This document shows, piece by piece, positions 46,901 to 61,900 of a stretch of 64,000 nucleotides of DNA (its first letter is position 1; each line of letters starts with the position of its first letter). The notes under the pieces are model-generated. The model was given only the letters and a program-made list of their open reading frames with translations, was not told the DNA's origin and searched no databases. The position numbers and the translations under genes were made by a program. Source of the stretch: Eledone cirrhosa (lineage: Eukaryota); the NCBI GenBank assembly GCA_964016885.1, contig OZ024743.1, forward strand, positions 98,580,001 to 98,644,000, written 5' to 3'.

Positions 46901-49900
46901 GAGCTGAGAGTGTTTCAGGGAGTAACATCATACAGTGTCTTGAGGTGAGAGTGTTCCAGGGAGTAACATCATACTGTGTCTTGGGCTGAGAGTGTTCCAG
47001 GGAGTAAAATCATACAGTGTCTTGAGGTGAGAGTCTTTCAAGGAGTAACATACAGTGTCTTGAGGTGAGAGTGTTCCAAGGAGTAACATCATACAGTGTC
47101 TTGGGCTGAGAGTGTTCCAAGCAGTAACATCATACAATGTCTTGAGCTGAGAGTGTTCCAGGGAGTAACATCATACAGTGTCTTGGGCTGAGAGTGTTCC
47201 AAGGAGTAACATCATACAATGTTTTGAGCTGAGAGTGTTCCATGGAGTAACATCATACAGTGTCTTGAGCGGAGAGTGTTTCAGGGAGTAACATCATACA
47301 GTGTCTTGAGCTGAGAGTGTTCCATGGAGTAACATCATACAATGTTTTGAGCTGAGAGTGTTCCAAGGAGTAACATCATACAGTGTCTTGAGGTCAGAGT
47401 GTTCCAGGGAGTAACATCATACAGTGTCTTGAGCTGAGAGTGTTCCAGGGAGTAACATCATACAGTGTCTTGAGGTCAGAGTGTTCCAGGGAGTAACATC
47501 ATACAGTGTCTTGAGCTGAGAGTGTTCCAAGGAGTTACTCCCTGGAATGTTTTGAGCTGAGAGTGTTCCAAGGAGTAACATCATACAGTGTCTTGAGCTG
47601 AGAGTGTTCCAGGGAGTAACATCATACAGTGTCTTGAGCTGAGAGTGTTCCAGGGAGTAACATCAAACTATGTCTTGAGCTGAGAGTGTTCCATGGAGTA
47701 ACATCATACAATGTTTTGAGCTGAGAGTGTTCCAAGGAGTAACATCATACAGTGTCTTGAGGTCAGAGTGTTCCAAGGAGTAACATAATACAGTGTCTTG
47801 AGCTGAGAGTGTTCCAGGGAGTAACATCAAACTGTGTCTTGAGGTGAAAGTGTTCCAGGGAGTAACATCATACAGTGTCTTGGGCTGAGAGTGTGCCAAG
47901 TAGTAACATCATACAGTGTCTTGAGCTGAGAGTGTTCCAAGGAGTAACATCATACTGTGTCTTGAGCTGAGATTGTTCCAGGGAGTAACATCATACAGTG
48001 TCTTGAGGTGAGAGTGTTCCAAGGGGTAACATCATACAGTGTCTTGGGCTGAGAGTGTTCCAGGGAGTAACATCATACAGTGTCTTGAGGTGAGAGTGTT
48101 TCAAGGAGTAACATACAGTGTCTTGAGGTGAGAGTGTTTCAAGGAGTAACATACAGTGTCTTGAACTGAGAGTGTTCCAGGGAGTAACATCATACAGTGT
48201 CTTGAGGTGAGAGTGTTCCAGGGAGTAACATCATACAGTGTCTTGAGGTGAGAGTATTCCAGGGAGTAACATCATACAGTGTCTTGAGGTGAAAGTGTTC
48301 CAGGGAGTAACATCATACTGTGTCTTGGGCTGAGAGTGTTCCAGGGAGTAACATCATACAGTGTCTTGAGGTGAGAGTGTTCCAAGGAGTAACATCATAC
48401 AGTGTCTTGGGCTGAAGTGTTCCAAGGAGTAACATCATACAATGTCTTGAGCTGAGAGTGTTCCAGGGAGTAACATCATACAGTGTCTTGGGCTGAGAGT
48501 GTTCCAGGGAGTAACATCATGCAGTGTCTTGAGCTGAGAGTGTTCCAGGGAGTAACATCATACAGTGCCTTGAGCTGAGAGTGTTCCAGGGAGTAACATC
48601 ATACAGTGTCTTGATGTGAGAGTGTTCCAAGTAGTAACATCATACAGTGTCTTGAGGTGAGAGTGTTCCAGGGAGTAACATCATACAGTGTCTTGGGCTG
48701 AGAGTGTGCCAAGTAGTAACATCATACAGTGTCTTGAGCTGAGAGTGTTCCAGGGAGTAACATCAAACTATGTCTTGAGCTGAGAGTGTTCCATGGAGTA
48801 ACATCATACAATGTTTTGAGCTGAGAGTGTTCCAAGGAGTAACATCATACAGTGTCTTGAGGTCAGAGTGTTCCAAGGAGTAACATCATACAGTGTCTTG
48901 AGCTGAGAGTGTTCCAGGGAGTAACATCAAACTGTGTCTTGAGGTGAAAGTGTTCCAGGGAGTAACATCATACAGTGTCTTGGGCTGAGAGTGTGCCAAG
49001 TAGTAACATCATACAGTGTCTTGAGCTGAGAGTGTTCCAAGGAGTAACATCATACTGTGTCTTGAGCTGAGAGTGTTCCAGGGAGTAACATCATACAGTG
49101 TCTTGAGGTGAGAGTGTTCCAGGGAGTAACATCATACAGTGTCTTGGGCTGAGAGTGTGCCAAGTAGTAACATCATACAGTGTCTTGAGCTGAGAGTGTT
49201 CCAAGGAGTAACATCATACTGTGTCTTGAGCTGAGAGTGTTCCAGGGAGTAACATCATACAGTGTCTTGAGGTGAGAGTGTTCCAAGGGGTAACATCATA
49301 CAGTGTCTTGGGCTGAGAGTGTTCCAGGGAGTAACATCATACAGTGTCTTGAGGTGAGAGTGTTTCAAGGAGTAACATACAGTGTCTTGAGCTGAGAGTG
49401 TTCCAGGGAGTTACATCATACAGTGTCTTGGGCTGAGAGTGTTCCAGGGAGTAACATCATACAGTGTCTTGAGGTGAGAGTGTTTCAAGGAGTAACATAC
49501 AGTGTCTTGAGCTGAGAGTGTTCCAGGGAGTAACATCATACAGTGTCTTGTGCTGAGAGTGTTCCAGGGAGTAACATCATACAGTGTCTTGAGGTGAGAG
49601 TGTTCCAGGGAGTAACATCATACAGTGTCTTGAGGTCAGAGTGTTCCAAGGAGTAACATCATACAGTGTCTTGAGCTGAGAGTGTTCCAGGGAGTAACAT
49701 CAAACTGTGTCTTGAGGTGAAAGTGTTCCAGGGAGTAACATCATACAGTGTCTTGGGCTGAGAGTGTGCCAAGTAGTAACATCATACAGTGTCTTGAGCT
49801 GAGAGTGTTCCAAGGAGTAACATCATACTGTGTCTTGAGCTGAGAGTGTTCCAGGGAGTAACATCATACAATGTCTTGAGGTGAGAGTGTTCCAGGGAGT

Positions 49901-52900
49901 AACATCATACAGTGTCTTGGGCTGAGAGTGTGCCAAGTAGTAACATCATACAGTGTCTTGAGCTGAGAGTGTTCCAAGGAGTAACATCATACTGTGTCTT
50001 GAGCTGAGAGTGTTCCAGGGAGTAACATCATACAGTGTCTTGAGGTGAGAGTGTTCCAAGGGGTAACATCATACAGTGTCTTGGGCTGAGAGTGTTCCAG
50101 GGAGTAACATCATACAGTGTCTTGAGGTGAGAGTGTTTCAAGGAGTAACATACAGTGTCTTGAGCTGAGAGTGTTCCAGGGAGTAACATCATACAGTGTC
50201 TTGTGCTGAGAGTGTTCCAGGGAGTAACATCATACAGTGTCTTGAGGTGAGAGTGTTCCAGGGAGTAACATCATACAGTGTCTTGAGCTGAGAGTGTTCC
50301 AGGGAGTAACATCATACAGTGTCTTGAGGTGAGAGTGTTCCAGGGAGTAACATCATACTGTGTCTTGGGCTGAGAGTGTTCCAGGGAGTAACATCATACA
50401 GTGTCTTGAGGTGAGAGTGTTTCAAGGAGTAACATACAGTGTCTTGAGCTGAGAGTGTTCCAGGGAGTAACATCATACAGTGTCTTGAGCTGAGAGTGTT
50501 CCAAGGAGTAACATCATACAGTGTCTTGGGATGAGAGTGTTCCAAGGAGTAACATCATACAAAGTCTTGAGCTGAGAGTGTTCCAGGGTGTAACATCATA
50601 CAGTGTCTTGGGCTGAGAGTGTTCCAGGGAGTAACATCATGCAGTGTCTTGAGCTGAGAGTGTTCCAGGGAGTAACATCATACAGTGCCTTGAGCTGAGA
50701 GTGTTCCAGGGAGTAACATCATACAGTGTCTTGATGTGAGAGTGTTCCAAGTAGTAACATCATACAGTGTCTTGAGGTGAGAGTGTTCCAGGGAGTAACA
50801 TCATACAGTGTCTTGGGCTGAGAGTGTTCCAAGGAGTAACATCATACAATGTCTTGAGCTGAGTGTTCCAGGGTGTAACATCATACAGTGTCTTGGGCTG
50901 AGAGTGTTCCAGGGATTAACATCATGCAGTGTCTTGAGCTGAGAGTGTTCCAGGGAGTAACATCATACAGTGCCTTGAGCTGAGAGTGTTCCAGGGAGTA
51001 ACATCATACAGTGTCTTGATGTGAGAGTGTTCCAAGTAGTAACATCATACAGTGTCTTGTGGTGAGAGTGTTCCAGGGAGTAACATCATACAGTGTCTTG
51101 GGCTGAGAGTGTGCCAAGTAGTAACATCATACAGTGTCTTGAGCTGAGAGTGTTCCAAGGAGTAACATCATACTGTGTCTTGGGCTGAGAGTGTTCCAGG
51201 GAGTAACATCATACAGTGTCTTGAGGTGAGAGTGTTTCAAGGAGTAACATACAGTGTCTTGAGCTGAGAGTGTTCCAGGGAGTAACATCATACAGTGTCT
51301 TGGGCTGAGAGTGTTCCAGGGAGTAACATCATACAGTGTCTTGAGGTGAGAGTGTTTCAAGGAGTAACATACAGTGTCTTGAGCTGAGAGTGTTCCAGGG
51401 AGTAACATCATACAGTGTCTTGAGCTGAGAGTGTTCCAGGGAGTAACATCATACAGTGTCTTGAGGTGAGAGTGTTCCAGGGAGTAACATCATACAGTGT
51501 CTTGAGCTGAGAGTGTTCCAGGGAGTAACATCATACAGTGTCTTGAGGTGAGAGTGTTCCAGGGAGTAACATCATACTGTGTCTTGGGCTGAGAGTGTTC
51601 CAGGGAGTAACATCATACAGTGTCTTGAGGTGAGAGTGTTTCAAGGAGTAACATACAGTGTCTGGAGCTGAGAGTGTTCCAGGGAGTAACATCATACAGT
51701 GTCTCGAGGTGAGAGTGTTCCAAGGAGTAACATCATACAGTGTCTTGGGCTGAGAGTGTTCCAAGGAGTAACATCATACAATGTCTTGAGCTGAGAGTGT
51801 TCCAGGGAGTAACATCATACAGTGTCTTGGGCTGAGAGTGTTCCAAGGAGTAACATCATACAATGTCTTGAGCTGAGAGTGTTCCATGGAGTAACATCAT
51901 ACAGTGTCTTGAGCTGAGAGTGTTTCAGGGAGTAACATCATACAGTGTCTTGAGCTGAGAGTGTTCCATGGAGTAACATCATACAATGTTTTGAGCTGAG
52001 AGTGTTCCAAGGAGTAACATCATACAGTGTCTTGAGGTCAGAGTGTTCCAGGGAGTAACATCATACAGTGTCTTGAGCTGAGAGTGTTCCAGGGGGTAAC
52101 ATCATACAGTGTCTTGAGGTCAGAGTGTTCCAGGGAGTAACATCATACAGTGTCTTGAGCTGAGAGTGTTCCAAGGAGTGTTACTCCCTGGAATGTTTTG
52201 AGCTGAGAGTGTTCCAAGGAGTAACATCATACAGTGTCTTGAGGTCAGAGTGTTCCAAGGATTAACATCATACAGTGTCTTGAGCTGAGAGTGTTCCAGG
52301 GAGTAACATCAAACTGTGTCTTGAGGTGAAAGTGTTCCAGGGAGTAACATCATACAGTGTCTTGGGCTGAGAGTGTGCCAAGTAGTAACATCATACAGTG
52401 TCTTGAGCTGAGAGTGTTCCAAGGAGTAACATCATACTGTGTCTTGAGCTGAGAGTGTTCCAGGGAGTAACATCATACAGTGTCTTGAGGTGAGAGTGTT
52501 CCAGGGAGTAACATCATACGGTGTCTTGGGCTGAGAGTGTGCCAAGTAGTAACATCATACAGTGTCTTGAGCTGAGAGTGTTCCAAGGAGTAACATCATA
52601 CTGTGTCTTGAGCTGAGATTGTTCCAGGGAGTAACATCATACAGTGTCTTGAGGTGAGAGTGTTCCAAGGGGTAACATCATACAGTGTCTTGGGCTGAGA
52701 GTGTTCCAGGGAGTAACATCATACAGTGTCTTGAGGTGAGAGTGTTTCAAGGAGTAACATACAGGGTCTTGAGGTGAGAGTGTTTCAAGGAGTAACATAC
52801 AGTGTCTTGAGCTGAGAGTGTTCCAGGGAGTAACATCATACAGTGTCTTGAGGTGAGAGTGTTCCAGGGAGTAACATCATACTGTGTCTTAGGCTGAGAG

Positions 52901-55900
52901 TGTTCCAGGGAGTAACATCATACAGTGTCTTGAGGTGAGAGTGTTTCAAGGAGTAACATACAGTGTCTTGAGCTGAGAGTGTTCCAGGGAGTAACATCAT
53001 ACAGTGTCTTGAGGTGAGAGTGTTCCAAGGAGTAACATCATACAGTGTCTTGGGCTGAGAGTGTTCCAAGGAGTAACATCATACAATGTCTTGAGCTGAG
53101 AGTGTTCCAGGGAGTAACATCATACAGTGTCTTGGGCTGAGAGTGTTCCAGGGAGTAACATCATGCAGTGTCTTGAGCTGAGAGTGTTCCAGGGAGTAAC
53201 ATCATACAGTGCCTTGAGCTGAGAGTGTTCCAGGGAGTAACATCATACAGTGTCTTGATGTGAGAGTGTTCCAAGTAGTAACATCATACAGTGTCTTGAG
53301 GTGAGAGTGTTCCAGGGAGTAACATCATACAGTGTCTTGGGCTGAGAGTGTTCCAAGGAGTAACATCATACAATGTCTTGAGCTGAGAGTGTTCCAGGGT
53401 GTAACATCATACTGTGTCTTGGGCTGTGAGTGTTCCAGGGATTAACATCATGCAGTGTCTTGAGCTGAGAGTGTTCCAGGGAGTAACATCATACAGTGCC
53501 TTGAGCTGAGAGTGTTCCATGGAGTAACATCATACAGTGTCTTGATGTGAGAGTGTTCCAAGGAGTAACATCATACTGTGTCTTGAGCTGAGAGTGTTCC
53601 AGGGAGTAACATCATACAGTGTCTTGAGGTGAGAGTGTTCCAAGGGGTAACATACAGTGTCTTGAGCTGAGAGTGTTCCAGGGAGTAACATCATACAGTG
53701 TCTTGGGCTGAGAGTGTTCCAGGGAGTAACATCATACAGTGTCTTGAGGTGAGAGTGTTTCAAGGAGTAACATACAGTGTCTTGAGCTGAGAGTGTTCCA
53801 GGGAGTAACATCATACAGTGTCTTGAGCTGAGAGTGTTCCAGGGAGTAACATCATACAGTGTCTTGAGGTGAGAGTGTTCCAGGGAGTAACATCATACAG
53901 TGTCTTGAGCTGAGAGTGTTCCAGGGAGTAACATCATACAGTGTCTTGAGCTGAGAGTGTTTCAGGGAGTAACATCATACAGTGTCTTGAGGTGAGAGTG
54001 TTCCAGGGAGTAACATCATACTGTGTCTTGGGCTGAGAGTGTTCCAGGGAGTAAAATCATACAGTGTCTTGAGGTGAGAGTCTTTCAAGGAGTAACATAC
54101 AGTGTCTTGAGGTGAGAGTGTTCCAAGGAGTAACATCATACAGTGTCTTGGGCTGAGAGTGTTCCAAGCAGTAACATCATACAATGTCTTGAGCTGAGAG
54201 TGTTCCAGGGAGTAACATCATACAGTGTCTTGGGCTGAGAGTGTTCCAAGGAGTAACATCATACAATGTTTTGAGCTGAGAGTGTTCCATGGAGTAACAT
54301 CATACAGTGTCTTGAGCGGAGAGTGTTTCAGGGAGTAACATCATACAGTGTCTTGAGCTGAGAGTGTTCCATGGAGTAACATCATACAATGTTTTGAGCT
54401 GAGAGTGTTCCAAGGAGTAACATCATACAGTGTCTTGAGGTCAGAGTGTTCCAGGGAGTAACATCATACAGTGTCTTGAGCTGAGAGTGTTCCAGGGAGT
54501 AACATCATACAGTGTCTTGAGGTCAGAGTGTTCCAGGGAGTAACATCATACAGTGTCTTGAGCTGAGAGTGTTCCAAGGAGTTACTCCCTGGAATGTTTT
54601 GAGCTGAGAGTGTTCCAAGGAGTAACATCATACAGTGTCTTGAGCTGAGAGTGTTCCAGGGAGTAACATCATACAGTGTCTTGAGCTGAGAGTGTTCCAG
54701 GGAGTAACATCAAACTATGTCTTGAGCTGAGAGTGTTCCATGGAGTAACATCATACAATGTTTTGAGCTGAGAGTGTTCCAAGGAGTAACATCATACAGT
54801 GTCTTGAGGTCAGAGTGTTCCAAGGAGTAACATAATACAGTGTCTTGAGCTGAGAGTGTTCCAGGGAGTAACATCAAACTGTGTCTTGAGGTGAAAGTGT
54901 TCCAGGGAGTAACATCATACAGTGTCTTGGGCTGAGAGTGTGCCAAGTAGTAACATCATACAGTGTCTTGAGCTGAGAGTGTTCCAAGGAGTAACATCAT
55001 ACTGTGTCTTGAGCTGAGATTGTTCCAGGGAGTAACATCATACAGTGTCTTGAGGTGAGAGTGTTCCAAGGGGTAACATCATACAGTGTCTTGGGCTGAG
55101 AGTGTTCCAGGGAGTAACATCATACAGTGTCTTGAGGTGAGAGTGTTTCAAGGAGTAACATACAGTGTCTTGAGGTGAGAGTGTTTCAAGGAGTAACATA
55201 CAGTGTCTTGAACTGAGAGTGTTCCAGGGAGTAACATCATACAGTGTCTTGAGGTGAGAGTGTTCCAGGGAGTAACATCATACAGTGTCTTGAGGTGAGA
55301 GTGTTCCAGGGAGTAACATCATACAGTGTCTTGAGGTGAAAGTGTTCCAGGGAGTAACATCATACTGTGTCTTGGGCTGAGAGTGTTCCAGTGAGTAACA
55401 TCATACAGTGTCTTGAGGTGAGAGTGTTCCAAGGAGTAACATCATACAGTGTCTTGGGCTGAAGTGTTCCAAGGAGTAACATCATACAATGTCTTGAGCT
55501 GAGAGTGTTCCAGGGAGTAACATCATACAGTGTCTTGGGCTGAGAGTGTTCCAGGGAGTAACATCATGCAGTGTCTTGAGCTGAGAGTGTTCCAGGGAGT
55601 AACATCATACAGTGCCTTGAGCTGAGAGTGTTCCAGGGAGTAACATCATACAGTGTCTTGATGTGAGAGTGTTCCAAGTAGTAACATCATACAGTGTCTT
55701 GAGGTGAGAGTGTTCCAGGGAGTAACATCATACAGTGTCTTGGGCTGAGAGTGTGCCAAGTAGTAACATCATACAGTGTCTTGAGCTGAGAGTGTTCCAG
55801 GGAGTAACATCAAACTATGTCTTGAGCTGAGAGTGTTCCATGGAGTAACATCATACAATGTTTTGAGCTGAGAGTGTTCCAAGGAGTAACATCATACAGT

Positions 55901-58900
55901 GTCTTGAGGTCAGAGTGTTCCAAGGAGTAACATCATACAGTGTCTTGAGCTGAGAGTGTTCCAGGGAGTAACATCAAACTGTGTCTTGAGGTGAAAGTGT
56001 TCCAGGGAGTAACATCATACAGTGTCTTGGGCTGAGAGTGTGCCAAGTAGTAACATCATACAGTGTCTTGAGCTGAGAGTGTTCCAAGGAGTAACATCAT
56101 ACTGTGTCTTGAGCTGAGAGTGTTCCAGGGAGTAACATCATACAGTGTCTTGAGGTGAGAGTGTTCCAGGGAGTAACATCATACAGTGTCTTGGGCTGAG
56201 AGTGTGCCAAGTAGTAACATCATACAGTGTCTTGAGCTGAGAGTGTTCCAAGGAGTAACATCATACTGTGTCTTGAGCTGAGAGTGTTCCAGGGAGTAAC
56301 ATCATACAGTGTCTTGAGGTGAGAGTGTTCCAAGGGGTAACATCATACAGTGTCTTGGGCTGAGAGTGTTCCAGGGAGTAACATCATACAGTGTCTTTAG
56401 GTGAGAGTGTTTCAAGGAGTAACATACAGTGTCTTGAGCTGAGAGTGTTCCAGGGAGTAACATCATACAGTGTCTTGGGCTGAGAGTGTTCCAGGGAGTA
56501 ACATCATACTGTGTCTTGAGCTGAGAGTGTTCCAAGGAGTAACATCATACAGTGTCTTGGGCTGAGATGTTCCAGGGAGTAACATCATACAGTGTCTTGA
56601 GGTGAGAGTGTTTCAAGGAGTAACATACAGTGTCTTGAGCTGAGAGTGTTCCAGGGAGTAACATCATACAGTGTCTTGAGCTGAGAGTGTTCCAGGGAGT
56701 AACATCATACAGTGTCTTGAGGTGAGAGTGTTCCAGGGAGTAACATCATACAGTGTCTTGAGCTGAGAGTGTTCCAGGGAGTAACATCATACAGTGTCTT
56801 GAGGTGAGAGTGTTCCAGGGAGTAACATCATACAGTGTCTTGAGGTGAGAGTGTTCCAAGTAGTAACATCATACAGTGTCTTGAGGTGAGTGTTCCAGGG
56901 AGTAACATCATGCAGTATCTTGGGCTGAGAGTGTTCCAAGTAGTAACATCATGCAGTCTCTTGGGCTGAGAGTGTTCCAGGGAGTTACATCATGCAGTGT
57001 CTTGGGCTGAGAGTGTTCCAAGTAGTAATATTATACAGTCTCTTGAGTTGAGAGTGTTCTAGGGAGTAACATCATACAGTGTCTTGAGCTGAGAGTGTTC
57101 CATGGAGTAACATCATACAATGTCTTGAGCTGAGAGTGTTCCATGGAGTAACATCATACAGTGTCTTGAGCTGAGAGTATTTCAGGGAGTAACATCATAC
57201 AGTGTCTTGAGCTGAGAGTGTTCCATGGAGTAACATCATACAATGTTTTGAGCTGAGAGTGTTCCAAGGAGTAACATCATACAGTGTCTTGAGGTCAGAG
57301 TGTTCCAGGGAGTAACATCATACAGTGTCTTGAGCTGAGAGTGTTCCAGGGAGTAACATCATACAGTGTCTTGAGGTCAGAGTGTTCCAGGGAGTAACAT
57401 CATACAGTGTCTTGAGCTGAGAGTGTTCCAAGGAGTGTTACTCCCTGGAATGTTTTGAGCTGAGAGTGTTCCAAGGAGTAACATCATACAGTGTCTTGAG
57501 CTGAGAGTGTTCCAGGGAGTAACATCATACAGTGTCTTGAGCTGAGAGTGTTCCAGGGAGTAACATCAAACTATGTCTTGAGCTGAGAGTGTTCCATGGA
57601 GTAACATCATACAATGTTTTGAGCTGAGAGTGTTCCAAGGAGTAACATCATACAGTGTCTTGAGGTCAGACTGTTCCAAGGAGTAACATCACACAGTGTC
57701 TTGAGCTGAGAGTGTTCCAGGGAGTAACATCAAACTGTGTCTTGAGGTGAAAGTGTTCCAGGGAGTAACATCATACAGTGTCTTGGGCTGAGAGTGTGCC
57801 AAGTAGTAACATCATACAGTGTCTTGAGCTGAGAGTGTTCCAAGGAGTAACATCATACTGTGTCTTGAGCTGAGAGTGTTCCAGGGAGTAACATCATACA
57901 GTGTCTTGAGGTGAGAGTGTTCCAGGGAGTAACATCATACAGTGTCTTGGGCTGAGAGTGTGCCAAGTAGTAACATCATACAGTGTCTTGAGCTGAGAGT
58001 GTTCCAAGTAGTAACATCATACTGTGTCTTGAGCTGAGAGTGTTCCTGGGAGTAACATCATACAGTGTCTTGAGGTGAGAGTGTTCCAAGGGGTAACATC
58101 ATACAGTGTCTTGGGCTGAGAGTGTTCCAGGGAGTAACATCATACAGTGTCTTGAGGTGAGAGTGTTTCAAGGAGTAACATACAGTGTCTTGAGCTGAGA
58201 GTGTTCCAGGGAGTAACATCATACAGTGTCTTGGGCTGAGAGTGTTCCAGGGAGTAACATCATACAGTGTCTTGAGGTGAGAGTGTTTCAAGGAGTAACA
58301 TACAGTGTCTTGAGCTGAGAGTGTTCCAGGGTGTAACATCATACAGTGTCTTGAGCTGAGAGTGTTCCAGGGAGTAACATCATACAGTGTCTTGAGGTGA
58401 GAGTGTTCCAGGGAGTAACATCATACAGTGTCTTGAGCTGAGAGTGTTCCAGGGAGTAACATCATACAGTGTCTTGAGGTGAGAGTGTTCCAGGGAGTAA
58501 CATCATACTGTGTCTTGGGCTGAGAGTGTTCCAGGGAGTAACATCATACAGTGTCTTGAGGTGAGAGTGTTTCAAGGAGTAACATACAGTGTCTTGAGCT
58601 GAGAGTGTTCCAGGGAGTAACATCATACAGTGTCTTGAGCTGAGAGTGTTCCAAGGAGTAACATCATAAGTGTCTTGGGCTGAGAGTGTTCCAAGGAGTA
58701 ACATCATACAATGTCTTGAGCTGAGAGTGTTCCAGGGTGTAACATCATAGAGTGCCTTGAGCTGAGAGTGTTCCAGGGAGTAACATCATACAGTGTCTTG
58801 ATGTGAGAGTGTTCCAAGTAGTAACATCATACAGTGTCTTGAGGTGAGAGTGTTCCAGGGAGTAACATCATACAGTGTCTTGGGCCGAGAGTGTTCCAAG

Positions 58901-61900
58901 GAGTAACATCATACAATGTCTTGAGCTGAGAGTGTTCCAGGGTGTAACATCATACAGTGTCTTGGGCTGAGAGTGTTCCACGGATTAACATCATGCAGTG
59001 TCTTGAGCTGAGAGTGTTCCAGGGAGTAACATCATACAGTGCCTTGAGCTGAGAGTGTTCCAGGGAGTAACATCATACAGTGTCTTGATGTGAGAGTGTT
59101 CCAAGTAGTAACATCATACAATGTTTTGAGCTGAGAGTGTTCCAAGGAGTAACATCATACAGTGTCTTGAGGTCAGAGTGTTCCAAGGAGTAACATCATA
59201 CAGTGTCTTGAGCTGAGAGTGTTCCAGGGAGTAACATCAAACTGTGTCTTGAGGTGAAAGTGTTCCAGGGAGTAACATCATACAGTGTCTTGGGCTGAGA
59301 GTGTGCCAAGTAGTAACATCATACAGTGTCTTGAGCTGAGAGTGTTCCAAGGAGTAACATCATACTGTGTCTTGAGCTGAGAGTGTTCCAGGGAGTAACA
59401 TCATACAGTGTCTTGAGGTGAGAGTGTTCCAGGGAGTAACATCATACAGTGTCTTGGGCTGAGAGTGTGCCAAGTAGTAACATCATACAGTGTCTTGAGC
59501 TGAGAGTGTTCCAAGGAGTAACATCATACTGTGTCTTGAGCTGAGAGTGTTCCTGGGAGTAACATCATACAGTGTCTTGAGGTGAGAGTGTTCCAAGGGG
59601 TAACATCATACAGTGTCTTGGGCTGAGAGTGTTCCAGGGAGTAACATCATACAGTGTCTTGAGGTGAGAGTGTTTCAAGGAGTAACATACAGTGTCTTGA
59701 GCTGAGAGTGTTCCAGGGAGTAACATCATACAGTGTCTTGGGCTGAGAGTGTTCCAGGGAGTAACATCATACAGTGTCTTGAGGTGAGAGTGTTTCAAGG
59801 AGTAACATACAGTGTCTTGAGCTGAGAGTGTTCCAGGGAGTAACATCATACAGTGTCTTGAGCTGAGAGTGTTCCAGGGAGTAACATCATACAGTGTCTT
59901 GAGGTGAGAGTGTTGCAGGGAGTAACATCATACAGTGTCTTGAGCTGAGAGTGTTCCAGGGAGTAACATCATACAGTGTCTTGAGGTGAGAGTGTTCCAG
60001 GGAGTAACATCATACTGTGTCTTGGGCTGAGAGTGTTCCAGGGAGTAACATCATACAGTGTCTTGAGGTGAGAGTGTTTCAAGGAGTAACATACAGTGTC
60101 TTGAGCTGAGAGTGTTCCAGGGAGTAACATCATACAGTGTCTTGAGCTGAGAGTGTTCCAAGGAGTAACATCATACAGTGTCTTGGGCTGAGAGTGTTCC
60201 AAGGAGTAACATCATACAATGTCTTGAGCTGAGAGTGTTCCAGGGTGTAACATCATACAGTGCCTTGAGCTGAGAGTGTTCCAGGGAGTAACATCATACA
60301 GTGTCTTGATGTGAGAGTGTTCCAAGTAGTAACATCATACAGTGTCTTGAGGTGAGAGTGTTCCAGGGAGTAACATCATACAGTGTCTTGGGCTGAGAGT
60401 GTTCCAAGGAGTAACATCATACAATGTCTTGAGCTGAGAGTGTTCCAGGGTGTAACATCATACAGTGTCTTGGGCTGAGAGTGTTCCACGGATTAACATC
60501 ATGCAGTGTCTTGAGCTGAGAGTGTTCCAGGGAGTAACATCATACAGTGCCTTGAGCTGAGAGTGTTCCAGGGAGTAACATCATACAGTGTCTTGATGTG
60601 AGAGTGTTCCAAGTAGTAACATCATACAGTGTCTTGAGGTGAGAGTGTTCCAGGGAGTAACATCATACAGTGTTTTGGGCTGAGAGTGTTCCAAGGAGTA
60701 ACATCATACAATGTCTTGAGCTGAGAGTGTTCCAGGGTGTAACATCATACAGTGTCTTGGGCTGAGAGTGTTCCAGGGAGTAACATCATGCAGTGTCTTG
60801 AGCTGAGAGTGTTCCAGGGAGTAACATCATACAGTGCCTTGAGCTGAGAGTGTTCCAGGGAGTTACATCATGCAGTGTCTTGGGCTGAGAGTGTTCCAAG
60901 TAGTAATATTATACAGTCTCTTGAGTTGAGAGTGTTCTAGGGAGTAACATCATACAGTGTCTTGAGCTGAGAGTGTTCCATGGAGTAACATCATACAATG
61001 TCTTGAGCTGAGAGTGTTCCATGGAGTAACATCATACAGTGTCTTGAGCTGAGAGTATTTCAGGGAGTAACATCATACAGTGTCTTGAGCTGAGAGTGTT
61101 CCATGGAGTAACATCATACAATGTTTTGAGCTGAGAGTGTTCCAGGGAGTAACATCATACAGTGTCTTGAGGTGAGAGTGTTTCAAGGAGTAACATACAG
61201 TGTCTTGAGCTGAGAGTGTTCCAGGGAGTAACATCATACAGTGTCTTGGGCTGAGAGTGTTCCAGGGAGTAACATCATACAGTGTCTTGAGCTGAGAGTG
61301 TTCCAGGGAGTAACATCATACAGTGTCTTGAGGTCAGAGTGTTCCAGGGAGTAACATCATACAGTGTCTTGAGCTGAGAGTGTTCCAAGGAGTGTTACTC
61401 CCTGGAATGTTTTGAGCTGAGAGTGTTCCAAGGAGTAACATCATACAGTGTCTTGAGCTGAGAGTGTTCCAGGGAGTAACATCATACAGTGTCTTGAGCT
61501 GAGAGTGTTCCAGGGAGTAACATCAAACTATGTCTTGAGCTGAGAGTGTTCCATGGAGTAACATCATACAATGTTTTGAGCTGAGAGTGTTCCAAGGAGT
61601 AACATCATACAGTGTCTTGAGGTCAGAGTGTTCCAAGGAGTAACATCATACAGTGTCTTGAGCTGAGAGTGTTCCAGGGAGTAACATCAAACTGTGTCTT
61701 GAGGTGAAAGTGTTCCAGGGAGTAACATCATACAGTGTCTTGGGCTGAGAGTGTGCCAAGTAGTAACATCATACAGTGTCTTGAGCTGAGAGTGTTCCAA
61801 GGAGTAACATCATACTGTGTCTTGAGCTGAGAGTGTTCCAGGGAGTAACATCATACAGTGTCTTGAGGTGAGAGTGTTCCAGGGAGTAACATCATACAGT

